A stretch of 63,460 bases of DNA, the filler included, from Octopus bimaculoides (Eukaryota), in the NCBI RefSeq assembly GCF_001194135.2. It is 5 parts of 5 records of this genome, joined end to end, with 100 filler letters (N's around TTAATTAATTAA, not from the genome) between each part and the next. Parts side by side here need not be neighbours in the genome. Positions count along the whole stretch, not along the records: positions 23,344 to 33,654 come from NC_068995.1; positions 33,755 to 59,565 come from NC_068984.1; 3 more parts are not named here. One strand, given 5' to 3'. Below, one piece after another: positions 23,970 through 37,491 of the stretch. Both the position numbers and the translations under genes were made by a program. Each line of letters opens with the position of its first letter. The first letter of the stretch is position 1. The notes under the pieces are model-generated. The model was not told the origin of the DNA. It saw nothing but the letters and a program-made list of their open reading frames with translations, and did no database searches.

Positions 23970-24795
23970 CGAGGTGCTATCAAAAAGTTCCTGGACTAGC
24001 TCTGTAGCATACCAATAGATGGCAGCACACTGTTGCGTGCGCAGTGAAAGCTGCAGTGACCTTCATGAAGCAATGCGCCTTGTGACATTGCTGTGTTTAC
24101 TTCACAAGTTGTGAAATTTGTGTTTTTGTGATCACGTGTACGTTGTAGTCTGCGATTTTTTCATGGACAGGAAGCTGGAACAAAGAACTAAAGTGAAATT
24201 TTGCTTTAAACTTGGGAAGTCTGCTAGAGAAACATTGAGTATGCTTCGACAAGCTTACGTCTACGAGGCAATGGGTCGTATGCAATGTTTCGAGGGATCT
24301 GGAACACCTGCCACGAGCATCATTCCCAGAAATGTTGAGAAAATTCATCAGTTTGGACATGAGGATCGGAGAAAGGCAATCAATGACATTGCTGATGTTG
24401 TAGATCTGTCATATGGGTTCATGCAAGCAATCCTATCGTCTGGATTCTTCGCGACGACAATGCACCCTACCAAAAGCAACATGATATCACTTCCACACCC
24501 ACCCTATTCACCATATTTTTCACCCACAGACTTCTATGTCTTCCTCAAGATGAAAATGCAGCTCAAAGGTCGCCTTTTTAACACCGCTGTCGAGGTCCAG
24601 AGCGAATCGCAGAAAGTCCTCTACTCGCTTACGGCAAACGACTTCCAGGCCAGATTCCAAAAGTGCAGAAAGGCTGGGACCGGTGTATTGTTGCACAAGG
24701 TGACTATTTCGAAGGAGATGATGTTAAAACTTAGATAAATAAGTTAGCTTTTATCAAACATAACTAATCCGGGAACTTTGTGATACCAACTTTTG
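23970..24795 (+). mobile_element. Internally deleted mariner element
   Basis: TA-flanked imperfect TIRs (CGAGGTGCTATCAAAAAGTTCCTGGACT; reverse complement of right end CAAAAGTTGGTATCACAAAGTTCCCGGATT). Transposase remnants EQRTKVKFCFKLGKSARET and PHPPYSPYFSPTDFYVFLKMKMQLKG (YSPDL motif). Catalytic core is missing. Confidence 0.93.
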
Positions 24796-25399
24796 TATAT
24801 ATACATATATATACACACACACATATATGTATATACATATACATACATATATACATATACATACATATATACATATACATATATACATATACATACATAC
24901 ATACACACATACACACACACACACACACACAGACACACGCACACGTATCATGGACCCCCACCCCTTGTCAGACGACAGATGAGGATTCGCAATTTCTTGC
25001 TGGAACAACTGCACAGTTGAGTTGTTCATGGTGTGCAAGTGTTTGTGTTGCATAACAGTCCACTCTCTCCACTAATTCGACATTGCCTGTGTAGGTGCAC
25101 AAGTGTGCCTCACGACACGTCTCGAAATGATTGCAGAGCAATGTGAAATGAAATGTTTTGCTTAAGAAACACCACACGCCTCCCTTGTAGGGAATCGAAC
25201 CTACGATCTAGCGATCGTATGTGATACACCTTGATCGCTATGGCGATGAGAAAAAGACTTTGCTAAAAACAAAACTTGTGTTTTGGATAGTAATGAATTT
25301 TATGTCCTTTAAAAGTATCCTAGGAAATTTAAAAATTACCATTGTAAAAAAAATAATCCTATAAAGTAAGCTAAGGGAGAAAACTCTTGAAAATTTGAA

Positions 25400-26780
25400 A
25401 GGCTTATCTCGCTAATGGCTTGGTATTTTTGAACTTTTTAAGCGAAAAATATAATTAACTATCGATAAATCTGAAAAGGGCGTTGAGCCAAAGCAAGAAC
25501 AACAATAAGAGAAATCAAGAGCGAAATACGGAAATAAATAAGGAAACAAAGCAATAATAAAGTAGGAAAGCAAATTTTCACGACAAATGTTCAATGGAAA
25601 TTTTGTTTCTTCGTTCCTGCTGCAAATATATAGAAGAAATCATTATCATCGAATGTCTTTAATTTCGATTTAAATATAATCATGTCACTTAAGAGTTTTT
25701 TCGAAATAAGTTCACTTCTCGGAGTTGACTTATCTACAATTTTCCATATGATACTATATACCACTGCTTTCTCTTTCTGTAACGACACGTGGTTTGAAAA
25801 CGTTGTTATTTTGCGTTTCTCAACGTTCCTGAAGGAAGAGATGTAGTTCTGAAAACTCTTTTTATGATGGCTCTCTATTATATCGATGTAGGGGTTCAAG
25901 ATGATTCCATAGTGTATTTGATTTGATCTCTGCCTCATGTATAGGGGCCTCTCTTTTACAGAATCCATATAGAAGCCATATAGCATAAGTATCTCTGCAT
26001 GAGTATCCAGTCTCAGTGGCTGGGCTGAAATATAATCTGTTTCATATTGGTGATGGAGCTGAAAGTAGACTTAATTTTGTCTTTTAAACAATTTCTTAAA
26101 TCTATTATTGAGAGAAATACTAATTTAAGGAAGATTTACTATGTTATACTTAACATTTAGTTAACACTAGGGAGCCAATCAAACCATCTTTCTACATCTT
26201 TTCCTTATAGTTAGACGATGTTAGAGTTGTAGGAAATTTTATTTTTAATTACCAGCTTCAAATGTTGTCGTTATCAGAAACAGTCTCTTTACTGGATGTG
26301 AAATTTCAAATTTTATTAACTGCATCACTCTAAGCATCCCATTAAGTTTCTCAAGGGGTATTTATATATTAGTCTGTACTAAAATCTTGTGTCATATCCA
26401 GGAAATTAACTATAATTAAGTTAGACACTATGGTAGTTGCAAAGTCTAAAGATCTGAATTGCTGGATAACATCCTTCCTTAGTTTGTCTAAGGTACGTCC
26501 CTTTAGATAACTAACACTTTTTCCCTTTTCTTTTATAGGTTTAAACAAAAAGAGGGGAACTTTTCGTATGATGTGGATACATAAAATCGCAAATATCTGT
26601 ACTATTAAATGATTCCATGATTATGACAAAGGAACTACTCGATCTTTTCGTTCGAGCCAAGCCTTTATGAAAAAACTGAGTTTCTGCAGCCATATATCCT
26701 AGCAAAAGCTAGTTCTTCGCCTAATAATGCTTCAGAAATCGATATTGGTTTTATTACTTACACTATTAAAGTTAGTAATT
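25400..26780 (-). mobile_element. Penelope-like element remnant (RT and GIY-YIG C-terminus)
   Basis: VNFLDMTQDFST at ~26400 (PLE RT NFLD motif). NYISSFRN..RKITTFSNHV...YSIIWKIVDKS at 25740-25860 (GIY-YIG tail pattern). Boundaries approximate. Confidence 0.65.
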
Positions 26781-27059
26781 ACTTCAAAGGTCATTTTTTG
26801 TTCTAGATATCAGCAAGCCTTTGATCATGTTTGGCATGGGAATTTTTCTTAGCGACCACTGTATCCGGCTTCGACAGAGCTGGATCTATTGGGACCCCAT
26901 TCAGCAACATCCTTAAGCACAATAAATACTCAGTTATAGTACCCAAATGCCGTTCATCACTATCATCCCTGACGACCTCTCTCAGCAAAAGTACATAGTT
27001 AACGAAGATAAAAATGCATCTCAAATATTGGCCCATCTCAGGAAATATTTCAGTCCCAA

Positions 27060-27420
27060 ACAATTACTGGCACTTTACAACAATTAAGTTAAGACCACGA
27101 TGGAGTATTACTCTCACATCTGGAACGACACCGCTGCTATATACAGTGACATCCTGGACTGCAACTAGTTAAAGGCCATTAGTTCCAGCTTGTATCCCCA
27201 AGACATGCTGTACCCTCTCCCGACACCTACTATAATGGTTCTATCCCTCGAAGCTGGCCAACCATCTTCTCTTAGACACTAGTGACCCACTCGTATCTTC
27301 ACTTTTCATCACTAGCCATTATACCCAATCCATCTTCCCTAGAGCATCAGTTCTCTGGAATTGCTTTCCAGTTCATGTCTTTTCTGTAATTTTGCATCAC
27401 ATTAATGGCATCCATCTGAC
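27060..27420 (+). mobile_element. L2/CR1-type LINE 3' coding fragment
   Basis: ...RPTMEYYSHIW... and FPRASVLWNCFP resemble the RPxxEYCSHIW and FPRTxxLWNxLP C-terminal motifs. Confidence 0.55.
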
Positions 27421-28170
27421 ACTTCAGACCCAGAAAGAGTTACTCTTTTGGGCTGAAATTGCTAGTTAGTTTGATATTAATGGCCTTCAAAATATTCTTG
27501 CTAAACCGCTCCCGAATTTAGCCGGGCTTATATACCTACCTCTAATTTAGTATATTATTTCGGATTAGCTATTTAACTACGATGCTTTACGTTCTGAGTT
27601 CCAATCTTGCCGGGTTCGATTTTACTTTTCATCCCTCCAGTGTCCATAAAATAAAATGCCAGTCAAATACTGAGATCGACTTAATCTACTACCTTCTTCC
27701 TCTGAAAATTAGTGGCTTTGGGCTTCAAGTAGAAACAATTATTTGCTCTCTCAGGACTTTGTCTGTTCATTCTATCAACACTTTGTTGTTGATGTCGTTG
27801 CACGTCCATGCCTAAATCCAAAGGATAATTCCCCAAGATGTACACGTTACCGAAACAAAGAAAACATTCAATGCAATGCTAAAATATCCTAAAAATAGTC
27901 TTTCTTTCTCAGTCAATCTTATCTGCCTGCTTATCTATGCCTCTGTCTCACTCTCTATCTCTCTTTCTTTCTCTTTCTCTCTCTCCATCCCCTTCAGATT
28001 AACTGATAAATTAATCGCGCTCATCACTGAAAAAAAATGTTTTTAAAAAAAAATGCCAAATGCAAGGGAAATAATTCTTATAAATCTTTTGAAGATTTAT
28101 CTCCCGTAAGTGACTTTTTAAAAAAAAAAAACCATGTATATGATTTATGGGCTTATATGCATGTTTGTTT

Positions 28171-28203
<33 letters not shown>

Positions 28204-28526
28204 CTTTTGAAAGATATACTTTATATCATGGTGTTCAAAAATAAAGTGTATGAGAAGTTAAGAAATTATTTTACTGGCCTAAACAACATAATCTGTTCGG
28301 ATTCACAGTTCTCCCATCCAATCAGCGTGAATAGAGTGTTTTTGTTTCAGACAGTTCGAAACGGTGTTGATGAAAGAAGTTGAGATGTGCAAAATTAGTA
28401 ACCGGGGCAAAGTGAGTAACTTCTGATTTCTCGTCATTTTCTCCCTACCTGAAACCATTATATTGCAAGTATTGCATCATCATTTTGTACTGTTGCATCA
28501 TTTTGAGGGGCAAAAATTGGTCAACA

Positions 28527-30348
28527 TTGTTGTTGTTGTTGTTGTTGTTGAGAAAGTTCAAAACAGTCAGTTGACAAGTACTTCTTTTCTTTCAAGTAAT
28601 TTTTCCTCAACTTTGACCCGATTGTAATTGAGGTTGCTAATGAGTTTCATTAATTTCATATCAATTGCCATTTTCCATGACCCTTTTTCTTTTGACCTGG
28701 ATATTGTAAATCTTCAGCCATTTGTTTATATCTTGGTTTACTGTTCCCAACGTACCAATCATTATAGGCATGACCTTTACTGTTCGCATGCTCCAAATTC
28801 TTCCTTATTTTAAACTTGAAGGGATTGTATCTTTTCCTGTTTTATTTTTCTGCCTCTTTCTTTACGATCCTGAAATCAAACGGGCATGATGGGTCGATAA
28901 GTAAGCCACTTCGCTTTACCTTATCGTTATGTCTGGTCCATTATTTTTTAATTTCTTGTCGATTTGAATAGGAAAGTCCCACAAAATCTTACATTTCTCC
29001 AACTCAAGTACTCTTTCGACTCGATGATTGTACCATGTGTTTCCAGTTTCAAATCCCCCTTTCTGACACAGTTTCCAGTGTATAACTCTTACGACCTGTT
29101 CGTGCCTCCATTTCTTATATTCTTCCTGTGCCAACTCGGGGCATTTTGTTACAATGTGTGCCACAGGTTCTACATTTTTCCGACACATTCTCTCCATATA
29201 TATTTTTTCTCAAGTTGTTTGTTTTTGGCACTTTGATCTTGGGCTGCTACAATTAAGCTCTCTGTTACTATTTTTTAATTGCCCCTTTTTTTTAACCAAG
29301 CCCAGGATTTTGTTCCATATACATCTTCAGTAACTCTCCAAAATCGGCCATGCAGAAGTTTCTCTTCGATCTGTCTGTCGTACTATCTTTCTATTTCATT
29401 CTTGTCCTTTTCTCCTATTACGCGCTTCATCACCTGTTCTTTCTGAACTGCCTTCAGTAGTCTTTCTGTGTTGTTCTGTAAATACTCTTCTAGACTTTTT
29501 CTTTCCATCTGTACACATTCTTCTTCTGCTATTAAGCCTCTTCCACTCTGGTCTCTCCTCAAGTACAGCCGGTTGATGTCAGCTTTCGGATGGGGTTGGG
29601 CTCCACACATCGTCAACAACTTCCTAGTTTTTCTGTTAAGCTTCTTTATATCTTTTCTGGTCCAGTCTATAATTCCAATTCCTTATCTGATTAAGGTTAC
29701 TGCTCTTAAATTTATTGCTTCAATAAGACTTTTGGAATTCAGCTTTGACTGCAATAATTTTCTGACTCTCTTTGTGTACTCCCTACTAGTAATTTGTTTC
29801 ATTTCTTCACTTTTTATCTCGTCTGCTTCCAGTATCCTCAAGTATTTATACGACTGTCCTTTCTCAACCGCTCTCATTGTTTGCCCATTTGGCAATTTCA
29901 ATTCCCTGGCTTCCTTCAAATCTTCCTCGTTTCATTTTCAATATAGCGCACTTTTCTATCCCAGGTTCCATACTTACGTCATTTGAGAAAACGCGGATAG
30001 TATATACAAAACTTTCAAGCTGTTTCTCATTTATCGCATAAACCTTTATATCATCCATGAAAAGGAGATGATTTATCTGACCTTTTCCTTTTCCCAAATC
30101 GTAAGCAGTTTTAACTTTTCGTAGTATCACAGTGAGCGGTGCCATGGCCAATACGAATAGTAATTGAAATAACTTATCACCTTCGAATATTCTACGTCTG
30201 ATGTTCACCTTTCCGAGTTTTTCTTTTCCTCCGATCAATTCAGTATTCCAATGTTTCATACTTTCATTAAGCATTTTCTCCATGTTTTTTGCTATTCCAA
30301 ACATGCACATTGTTTTACTTATCCACTTGTATGGTACCATGTCATATG

Positions 30349-30381
<33 letters not shown>

Positions 30382-31370
30382 TTATCTAACCATGCTACAT
30401 TCAGTCCCGTCAATCTGCGTCTACAATTTCTAATTATCATTTTATCAACTAATAAGGGATCTTTTGTTGCCCTACTTTGTTTCTTGCATCCTTTCTCTTC
30501 TTCTGGAAATGGATTGTTACTTTCCAGATGGTTGTATAACTCTTCCGCCAATACACCAGTCATAAGCTCCCACATTAGGGATAAACAGGTTATAGGTCGA
30601 AAATTTGATGCCAAGTTCCTTTTCAAGGGATCCTTGTGGAATAGCAGCGTTCATTCACTTCTCATTCAGGCAGGGACGTGACCTTGCTGCAGGCAGTCAT
30701 CCAGTTGCGCAGCGATCCTTTCATGCAACTGTGTAAAGTTCTTCAGCCAATAGCCTTGTACTCCACCTGGTCCTGCTCCTTTCCAATTTGCTATCTTTTT
30801 TAACTTCTGTCTCACTCTATATAGATTAATTCTCACGTCCTTTTGTCTTGGCACAGTCGCAAGTTGTCTTTCCTCCTTTGTTAGACACTCCGTGCTTTCT
30901 TTATGTCTCACCGGCCTGTTCCACAGTCTTTCCCAAAATTCTTTATTTTCTTCCGCATCTGCAATCAGTTCCTGGTGTTGACCTCCCTCTATTTCCTCAA
31001 ACAGACGCGTTCTATTTGAATGGAACAGTCTATTCTGTTCGAAACCTTTGCATCTTGCATCATATATTTTTAATTTGGCCTTTAATGCTGTCACCTCTTG
31101 TGTCAATTCTTCATGTACTGTTTGTTTTTGCCTTTCTTCTAACCTGTATTATCCATTCAATTTTCTGATTGCTACCTTATTCTTGAGCTCTCCTCTCATT
31201 ATCCAATTCAATTGCCCCAATTCTTTCCACGTCTTTTCCTGCTTCATTCGTATTCTCTTCCTCTAGTTTGGTTTTTTCTTTTCGTTTGCTTTTATATCTT
31301 CAATTTTTTGCTTGTAGCTTACTATGTTAGCAACGACATTAGCAGCGGCTATGATTAGCTGATTTGTTTC
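28527..31370 (-). mobile_element. Long 5'-truncated R4/Dong-clade retrotransposon (RT, CCHC, RLE), degraded, with (CAA)n tail
   Basis: QNRLFHSN, NWKGAGPGGVQGYWLK, SNFRPITCL, D(K)nAYD, RRRIFEGD..LLFVLAM, NHLLFMDDIKVY, YKYL, HPKADINRLY, CRKNVEPVAHIVTKC, ILWDFPIQ..NNGPDI, LLIDPSCPFD..KKEAEK, IWSMRTVKVMPIMIGTLG. (CAA)n at both ends. Confidence 0.95.
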
Positions 31371-31438
31371 TTGTTGCTGTTGTTGTTGTTGTTGTTGTTG
31401 TTGTTGTCGCCGTCGTTGCCGTTGCTGTTGCTGTTGCT

Positions 31439-31830
31439 TAATCTGCACATTTGTTACAATCACTTACCAAGACACACCCAGCGTCCTAGGGCGAGTGAAG
31501 GATAAGAGATGTTACAGTATGACTGAAAGATTGGGGAGGGGAAGTGGCAGGGGCAGTAGCGAGATATCTTCATGTAATACAGCACAGACATTTAAATTGA
31601 TAGAGTTTTTGTAAAGATATGGGCATTACTTGTCAGCACAATCTTTTAGATTTCTCTGAGACATGGTTGTCCTGGGACGTTGTGTACATATTTCTAACAT
31701 ACTTTTCTTCTCATACCTAGGGAACCTACAGCAACAAGGACAGTTCTTGTTTTAAGATACTGCATCTTTTGTGCTGCAATTTCCAGGTCCCTATATTTAT
31801 ATAATTTGTCAAATTCCTTTATAGGGCATT
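31439..31830 (-). mobile_element. R4-clade RLE 3' end with 3' UTR, tailed by (CAA)n at 31371-31438
   Basis: KYRDLEIAAQKMQYLKTRTVLVAVGSLG...VPGQPCLREI*KIVLTSNAHIFTKTLSI*. Confidence 0.8.
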
Positions 31831-31891
31831 TATTATTGTTGTTGCTGTTNNNNNNNNNNATTGTTGTTGCTGTTGTTGCTGCTGCTGCTCC

Positions 31892-31959
<68 letters not shown>

Positions 31960-31989
31960 TTGTTGTTGTTGTTGTTGTTGTTGTTGTTC

Positions 31990-32384
31990 AACATTTGGTA
32001 GTCATAGAAAATTCCTACTGCATCACCTGCTGCACCACCTGGTGTGTGCAGCATTGTGTGTTCTTTTCTGTTGTTGGGAGTGTACAAACTCGGTATTGTA
32101 TTGCATCAGTTTTTGTTGTTGTTTTTTTGTTGAGGTGTGGTGCAGTCTTTTGTTGTATTACTGCTTGTATTGTGTGTTGAGTGTGTAATGCGTTGGTCAT
32201 TTGTTTGCTGGTGGAATTTTATTTCATTGGGTAAATGCTGTATAGAGTTTGAGTTGTGTTTGTAGGTTGTCTTGTTTAGGTTGTATTATTGAATTGATAG
32301 TGTCTTGCGTAGGATGTGGGCTGTTCCTAGTAGAGCTATTTTCTGGATAGTGTGGTACATAGCTTCTACGTTTTATTTTGGGGA

Positions 32385-32385
<1 letters not shown>
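31990..32385 (-). mobile_element. R4-clade RLE extreme 3' end with ~300-nt 3' UTR, tailed by (CAA)n at 31840-31989
   Basis: IQKIALLGTAHILRKTLSIQ* immediately downstream of (TAA)n at 32386-32450. Confidence 0.8.
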
Positions 32386-32450
<65 letters not shown>

Positions 32451-33058
32451 NNNNNNNNNNNNNNNNNNNNNNNNNNNNNNNNNNNNNNNNNNNNNNNNNN
32501 NNNNNNNNNNNNNNNNNNNNNNNNNNNNNNNNNNNNNNNNNNNNNNNNNNNNNNNNNNNNNNNNNNNNNNNNNNNNNNNNNNNNNNNNNNNNNNNNNNNN
32601 NNNNNNNNNNNNNNNNNNNNNNNNNNNNNNNNNNNNNNNNNNNNNNNNNNNNNNNNNNNNNNNNNNNNNNNNNNNNNNNNNNNNNNNNNNNNNNNNNNNN
32701 NNNNNNNNNNNNNNNNNNNNNNNNNNNNNNNNNNNNNNNNNNNNNNNNNNNNNNNNNNNNNNNNNNNNNNNNNNNNNNNNNNNNNNNNNNNNNNNNNNNN
32801 NNNNNNNNNNNNNNNNNNNNNNNNNNNNNNNNNNNNNNNNNNNNNNNNNNNNNNNNNNNNNNNNNNNNNNNNNNNNNNNNNNNNNNNNNNNNNNNNNNNN
32901 NNNNNNNNNNNNNNNNNNNNNNNNNNNNNNNNNNNNNNNNNNNNNNNNNNNNNNNNNNNNNNNNNNNNNNNNNNNNNNNNNNNNNNNNNNNNNNNNNNNN
33001 NNNNNNNNNNNNNNNNNNNNNNNNNNNNNNNNNNNNNNNNNNNNNNNNNNNNNNNNNN

Positions 33059-33104
<46 letters not shown>

Positions 33105-33121
33105 TATTATTATTATTATTA

Positions 33122-33158
<37 letters not shown>

Positions 33159-33188
33159 GATCATCATCATCATCATCATCATTACTGT

Positions 33189-33650
33189 TATGTGAGAGAG
33201 CAGTGCACACCATCAACGTGACACTGGGGTACAAATATATGAAGCTCAGTATACCCATCAAGGCTACCTGTCTGATAAGGGTACACCAGGCACATGCATC
33301 ACAACCATATGTGGTGATTTCATATCAAGATAAACAGTGCATGACCTTGCGGGTTGGGCCCAGTTAGAATTTTTTTCAGGTGAGTAGCCCATCCCGCTCA
33401 AAAGGTCCCTGAATAAGGGTTGTTTAAGGAAGTTGAGCGAAACACTCATGTTCCCAGAGATGAATTATTCAAATCCCAAACAATTTCTCTCAACACATGG
33501 CTATGATGCTCCACCACTATCTCTGCTCGTGGTCAGAGACACACATATCGTCAATCACTAAGTGACATGCTCAACTGGTTAATGTTAAACAACTGACAAG
33601 CAAATCTGGTATCGAGCAGAATATTTGCAGTAGCATATCTTTTATACCAA
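33189..33650 (-). mobile_element. ~560-bp unclassified interspersed repeat (copy 3, 5' end at gap)
   Basis: Reverse complement aligns to copies 1 and 2. Its 3' end runs into (GAT)n/(AAT)n at 33059-33185. Confidence 0.8.
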
Positions 33651-33908
33651 TAATNNNNNNNNNNNNNNNNNNNNNNNNNNNNNNNNNNNNNNNNNNNNTT
33701 AATTAATTAANNNNNNNNNNNNNNNNNNNNNNNNNNNNNNNNNNNNNNNNNNNNTTTCACGTTCCCGTTCATCGGACAGTTTGTGTGTTCTGCCGAGGTC
33801 GACTTTGCCTTTCATCCCTTCCAGGTCGATAAATTAAGTACCAGTTGTGTACTAGGGTCGATCTATTCGACTGGCCTCCTCCCCCAAAATTTCGGGTCTT
33901 GTGCCTAG

Positions 33909-33958
<50 letters not shown>

Positions 33959-34449
33959 ATGTACGTATGTATGTATGTATGTATGCATGCATGTGTATAT
34001 GCGTATTTGTGCGTGCGCGCGCATTGTTGTATGTTCGTATTGATGTATGTATGTGCATGTATGCGTGTTTGTGCGTGTGTGTGTAAGTGTCTGTATGTAT
34101 ATGTATGGACATAAACTGGCAGGCACTGTGTGGTTAAGATGTTCAGTGATTATCTACACGCCATGTTGTGGCCCCATGGGCATGTGACTTCTATTATAGT
34201 CCCAGGTTGACCAAAGATCTGTGAGTTAAATTTGATTGATAGAATCTGCATGGAAGCACGTTGGTCAAATCATCTCTCTAATTAATCGAACATCCACCAG
34301 GATCCTCGGATCCCTTTAGGCACCTTCACTCCAAATCAAGAATTTAAATATCATCATTCTTAAGGATACTTTTTTCGTCATTTTTTTTCTTTTTGTGTGT
34401 GACTAGTCTTAGAAGCATTAAAAGACATAATGATCACTGTACCTTCATC

Positions 34450-34485
<36 letters not shown>

Positions 34486-35144
34486 ACAAACACACACGCA
34501 AACACACACACNNNNNNNNNNNNNNNNNNNNNNNNNNNNNNNNNNNNNNNNNNNNNNNNNNNNNNNNNNNNNNNNNNNNNNNNNNNNNNNNNNNNNNNNN
34601 NNNNNNNNNNNNNNNNNNNNNNNNNNNNNNNNNNNNNNNNNNNNNNNNNNNNNNNNNNNNNNNNNNNNNNNNNNNNNNNNNNNNNNNNNNNNNNNNNNNN
34701 NNNNNNNNNNNNNNNNNNNNNNNNNNNNNNNNNNNNNNNNNNNNNNNNNNNNNNNNNNNNNNNNNNNNNNNNNNNNNNNNNNNNNNNACATCGCGTACGT
34801 GCAAAACGTTATTGATTTTGCGACGCGAAAGCACTATTCAAGGGAGACGACTCACTTAGCACAAAATATTTCAGAACCGTAAAAGCAACAAAAAATCATA
34901 TAATTATATAATTCAATAAAAGATAAAAAAAAAGGAGGGAAAAGAAAAGAAAAATCGTACAAACAACACTGTGACCTTTCAACAAAGACTAACTTGCTTC
35001 ATTGTAATATATTTTTATCATCTATTTCTTCTCATTTCATTTTTAAGCTTTAGTACTTAATAATAAATGATTTAATTAATAAAAGAAATATACGTGCAGA
35101 GTTTTTTACGTTACAAAGATCCGTCATAGGTATGAGTGTGTGTA

Positions 35145-35203
<59 letters not shown>

Positions 35204-35550
35204 AATCTTTTATTCTTTTACTTGCCTTTTCAGGAGCACTGCCTTGAAAGGTTTTTAACCGAACAAATCGACCACAGGACTTATTTCTTTTAAGTGTAGT
35301 ACTCATTCTGCCGATCACTTAGGCCGAACCGCCGATATGATGGAGATATAAACACACTAACACCGATTGTCAAGCGATGTTGGGGTGACAAACACAAACA
35401 CAAGAACACATACACATAGAGACAAACATACATACTTACATACATATACATATATATATAGTGAGAATTTACAAAAAAAAAAAAAAGACGAAGACAGGTG
35501 TGCAAACAACAAACAGATGTATTAGTTTAACGCTCGAGAAGTGAGAAAGT

Positions 35551-35586
35551 CTTTTACGTTTCGAGCCTACGCTCTTCGATAGAGAG
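35551..35586 (-). ncRNA. Degenerate minimal hammerhead-like motif in a Penelope-type terminal repeat
   Basis: CTATCGA-A-GAGC[GTAG]GCTC-GAAA-CG-TA-AAAG. Stem II, GAAA and the palindromic ACGT are intact, but the CUGANGA box is mutated. Confidence 0.4.
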
Positions 35587-35673
35587 GAACACAGAAATAA
35601 ACAGAGAGAAAATAATAATAAAAAAAAGGTTTAATGGCTAGGGTTCTATCATGGCGACTGCTGGACAGAGGGG

Positions 35674-35716
<43 letters not shown>

Positions 35717-36639
35717 ATAAAGGAGTAAAAAACAAGATAACAGCGGTGGAATTTAAATGCAGGGATCCTATAACATGATTTTGAGGGAAGGTGGTTAGTT
35801 GATACTTTTGATACCAGTATTTAGACATACTTTATTATATTAGACGCCGGAGATGCGGAGGGCAAAGTAGAACACAGCGGGATTTCAACTCAAAACATAA
35901 GGAGCCTGAAGAAATACCACTCTGATAATTCTGCCACTCCACGCCCTCCTTTTTGTTTTTCAAAAACAAAAACAAAAACAAAAAAAAACATCAATAATAA
36001 GCTACAATGAATATTTTATAACAATTTCTAGATCGTTTAGTAAAATTAATAGCTAGTTGAAGGCACCGAACTGGCAGAATCGTTAGCACGCCGGGCAAAA
36101 TGCTTAGCGGTGTCTTTTACTTTCGTCCATTTTTACTTTCTGAGATCAAATTCTTCCGAGGTCGACTTTGCCATTCATCCTTCCGGGACCGATAAAATAA
36201 GTAGCAGTTGAGCTCTCGGGTCGATCTAATCTCCGAAAATACTAGCTTTACTGCCAAAATTTGAAACCAATATCTGGTTGCAATTTTACACTCTAACCTG
36301 ATTTTTGCACTTATCTAATATTCGAAAAAAGCCTGTGAAAGTTTAGTTGAACCATTCAGTGACTGAGAAAATGGTCAAATCAGTTGAGCAGCAAAGATTT
36401 CCGATTTAGACAGAATTTTGAGCGGTGGTCATTATTCGATATCATTAGGCTCAGTACTAGACTAGTACTTTATTTAATCGACCTGACGGATGACAGGTGA
36501 AGTTTTTGTGACGCTCATGCAATTCTGCCAGATCGCTGTCTTTCATTTCACAAACATGTTCTGTGCAAAAATGAAAATAAAAGCTCATTTAAAGTTATAC
36601 ACACATACACATGCGCTTACATTGGCGCATACATACATA

Positions 36640-36723
36640 CATTGAAGCATACATTACATACATTGAAGCATACATTACATACATTGAAGCATACATTACA
36701 TATATTGAAGCATACATTACATA
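36640..36723. repeat. 21-bp minisatellite CATTGAAGCATACATTACATA x4
   Basis: Four direct copies read directly. Confidence 0.95.
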
Positions 36724-37019
36724 CACGACATACATATATGTTCCTCGACGTGTGTAGCCAAGAGTCGAGGGTAATACTCAGCGTGGGAGCCTATTCATTG
36801 AATATACGATGAATACGCTCTTGAACATTAATGCCACAATAACCAGCCTTGGTAAATAATTGGTTATTCTTCTGATCACATGTACTGAAGTAAGCATTTA
36901 ATCGAAGTAATAGTGAACATGTTTCAAATCTGAATCCACTAAGAAGGCCTATATTTAAGAGATGAGGAATTATGTACATTATTTACATTATTTACATTTG
37001 ACGGATCTTGTTTGTTGTT

Positions 37020-37065
37020 AATACAACGTTTCAGCTGATATAACCCCCAGCCTTCATCAGGTGTC
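37020..37065 (-). ncRNA. Minimal type I hammerhead ribozyme (copy A)
   Basis: GACAC-CTGATGA-A-GGCTGG[loop]TCAGCT-GAAA-CG-TT^GTATT. Core intact; stem I has one mismatch. Confidence 0.7.
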
Positions 37066-37132
37066 TTGGGGAAATTTCGAACCTGGGTTCTCATTCCTAA
37101 GGTATTTTTCAATGTTGTTGTTGTTGTTGTTG

Positions 37133-37203
<71 letters not shown>

Positions 37204-37384
37204 NNNNNNNNNNNNNNNNNNNNNNNNNNNNNNNNNNNNNNNNNNNNNNNNNNNNNNNNNNNNNNNNNNNNNNNNNNNNNNNNNNNNNNNNNNNNNNNNN
37301 NNNNNNNNNNNNNNNNNNNNNNNNNNNNNNNNNNNNNNNNNNNNNNNNNNNNNNNNNNNNNNNCGATTCCAGGCAGTGACCTGG

Positions 37385-37444
<60 letters not shown>

Positions 37445-37491
37445 TCGAAAAATACCTTAGGAATGAGAAATCAGTTTCGAAATTTCCCCAA

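Noticed and set aside
31468-31522. Exon-like segment with strong acceptor and GTAAGT donor on the minus strand (SYCNISYPSLALGRWVCL)
   Set aside because: Lies in the 3' UTR of an R4 element, has no prominin similarity, and its exit phase does not fit the phase 0 TM1 exon.
32224-33261. Long poly-N/I/Y/L and (CV)n/(HT)n/(YV)n ORFs here and throughout the track
   Set aside because: Translations of microsatellites and N gaps.
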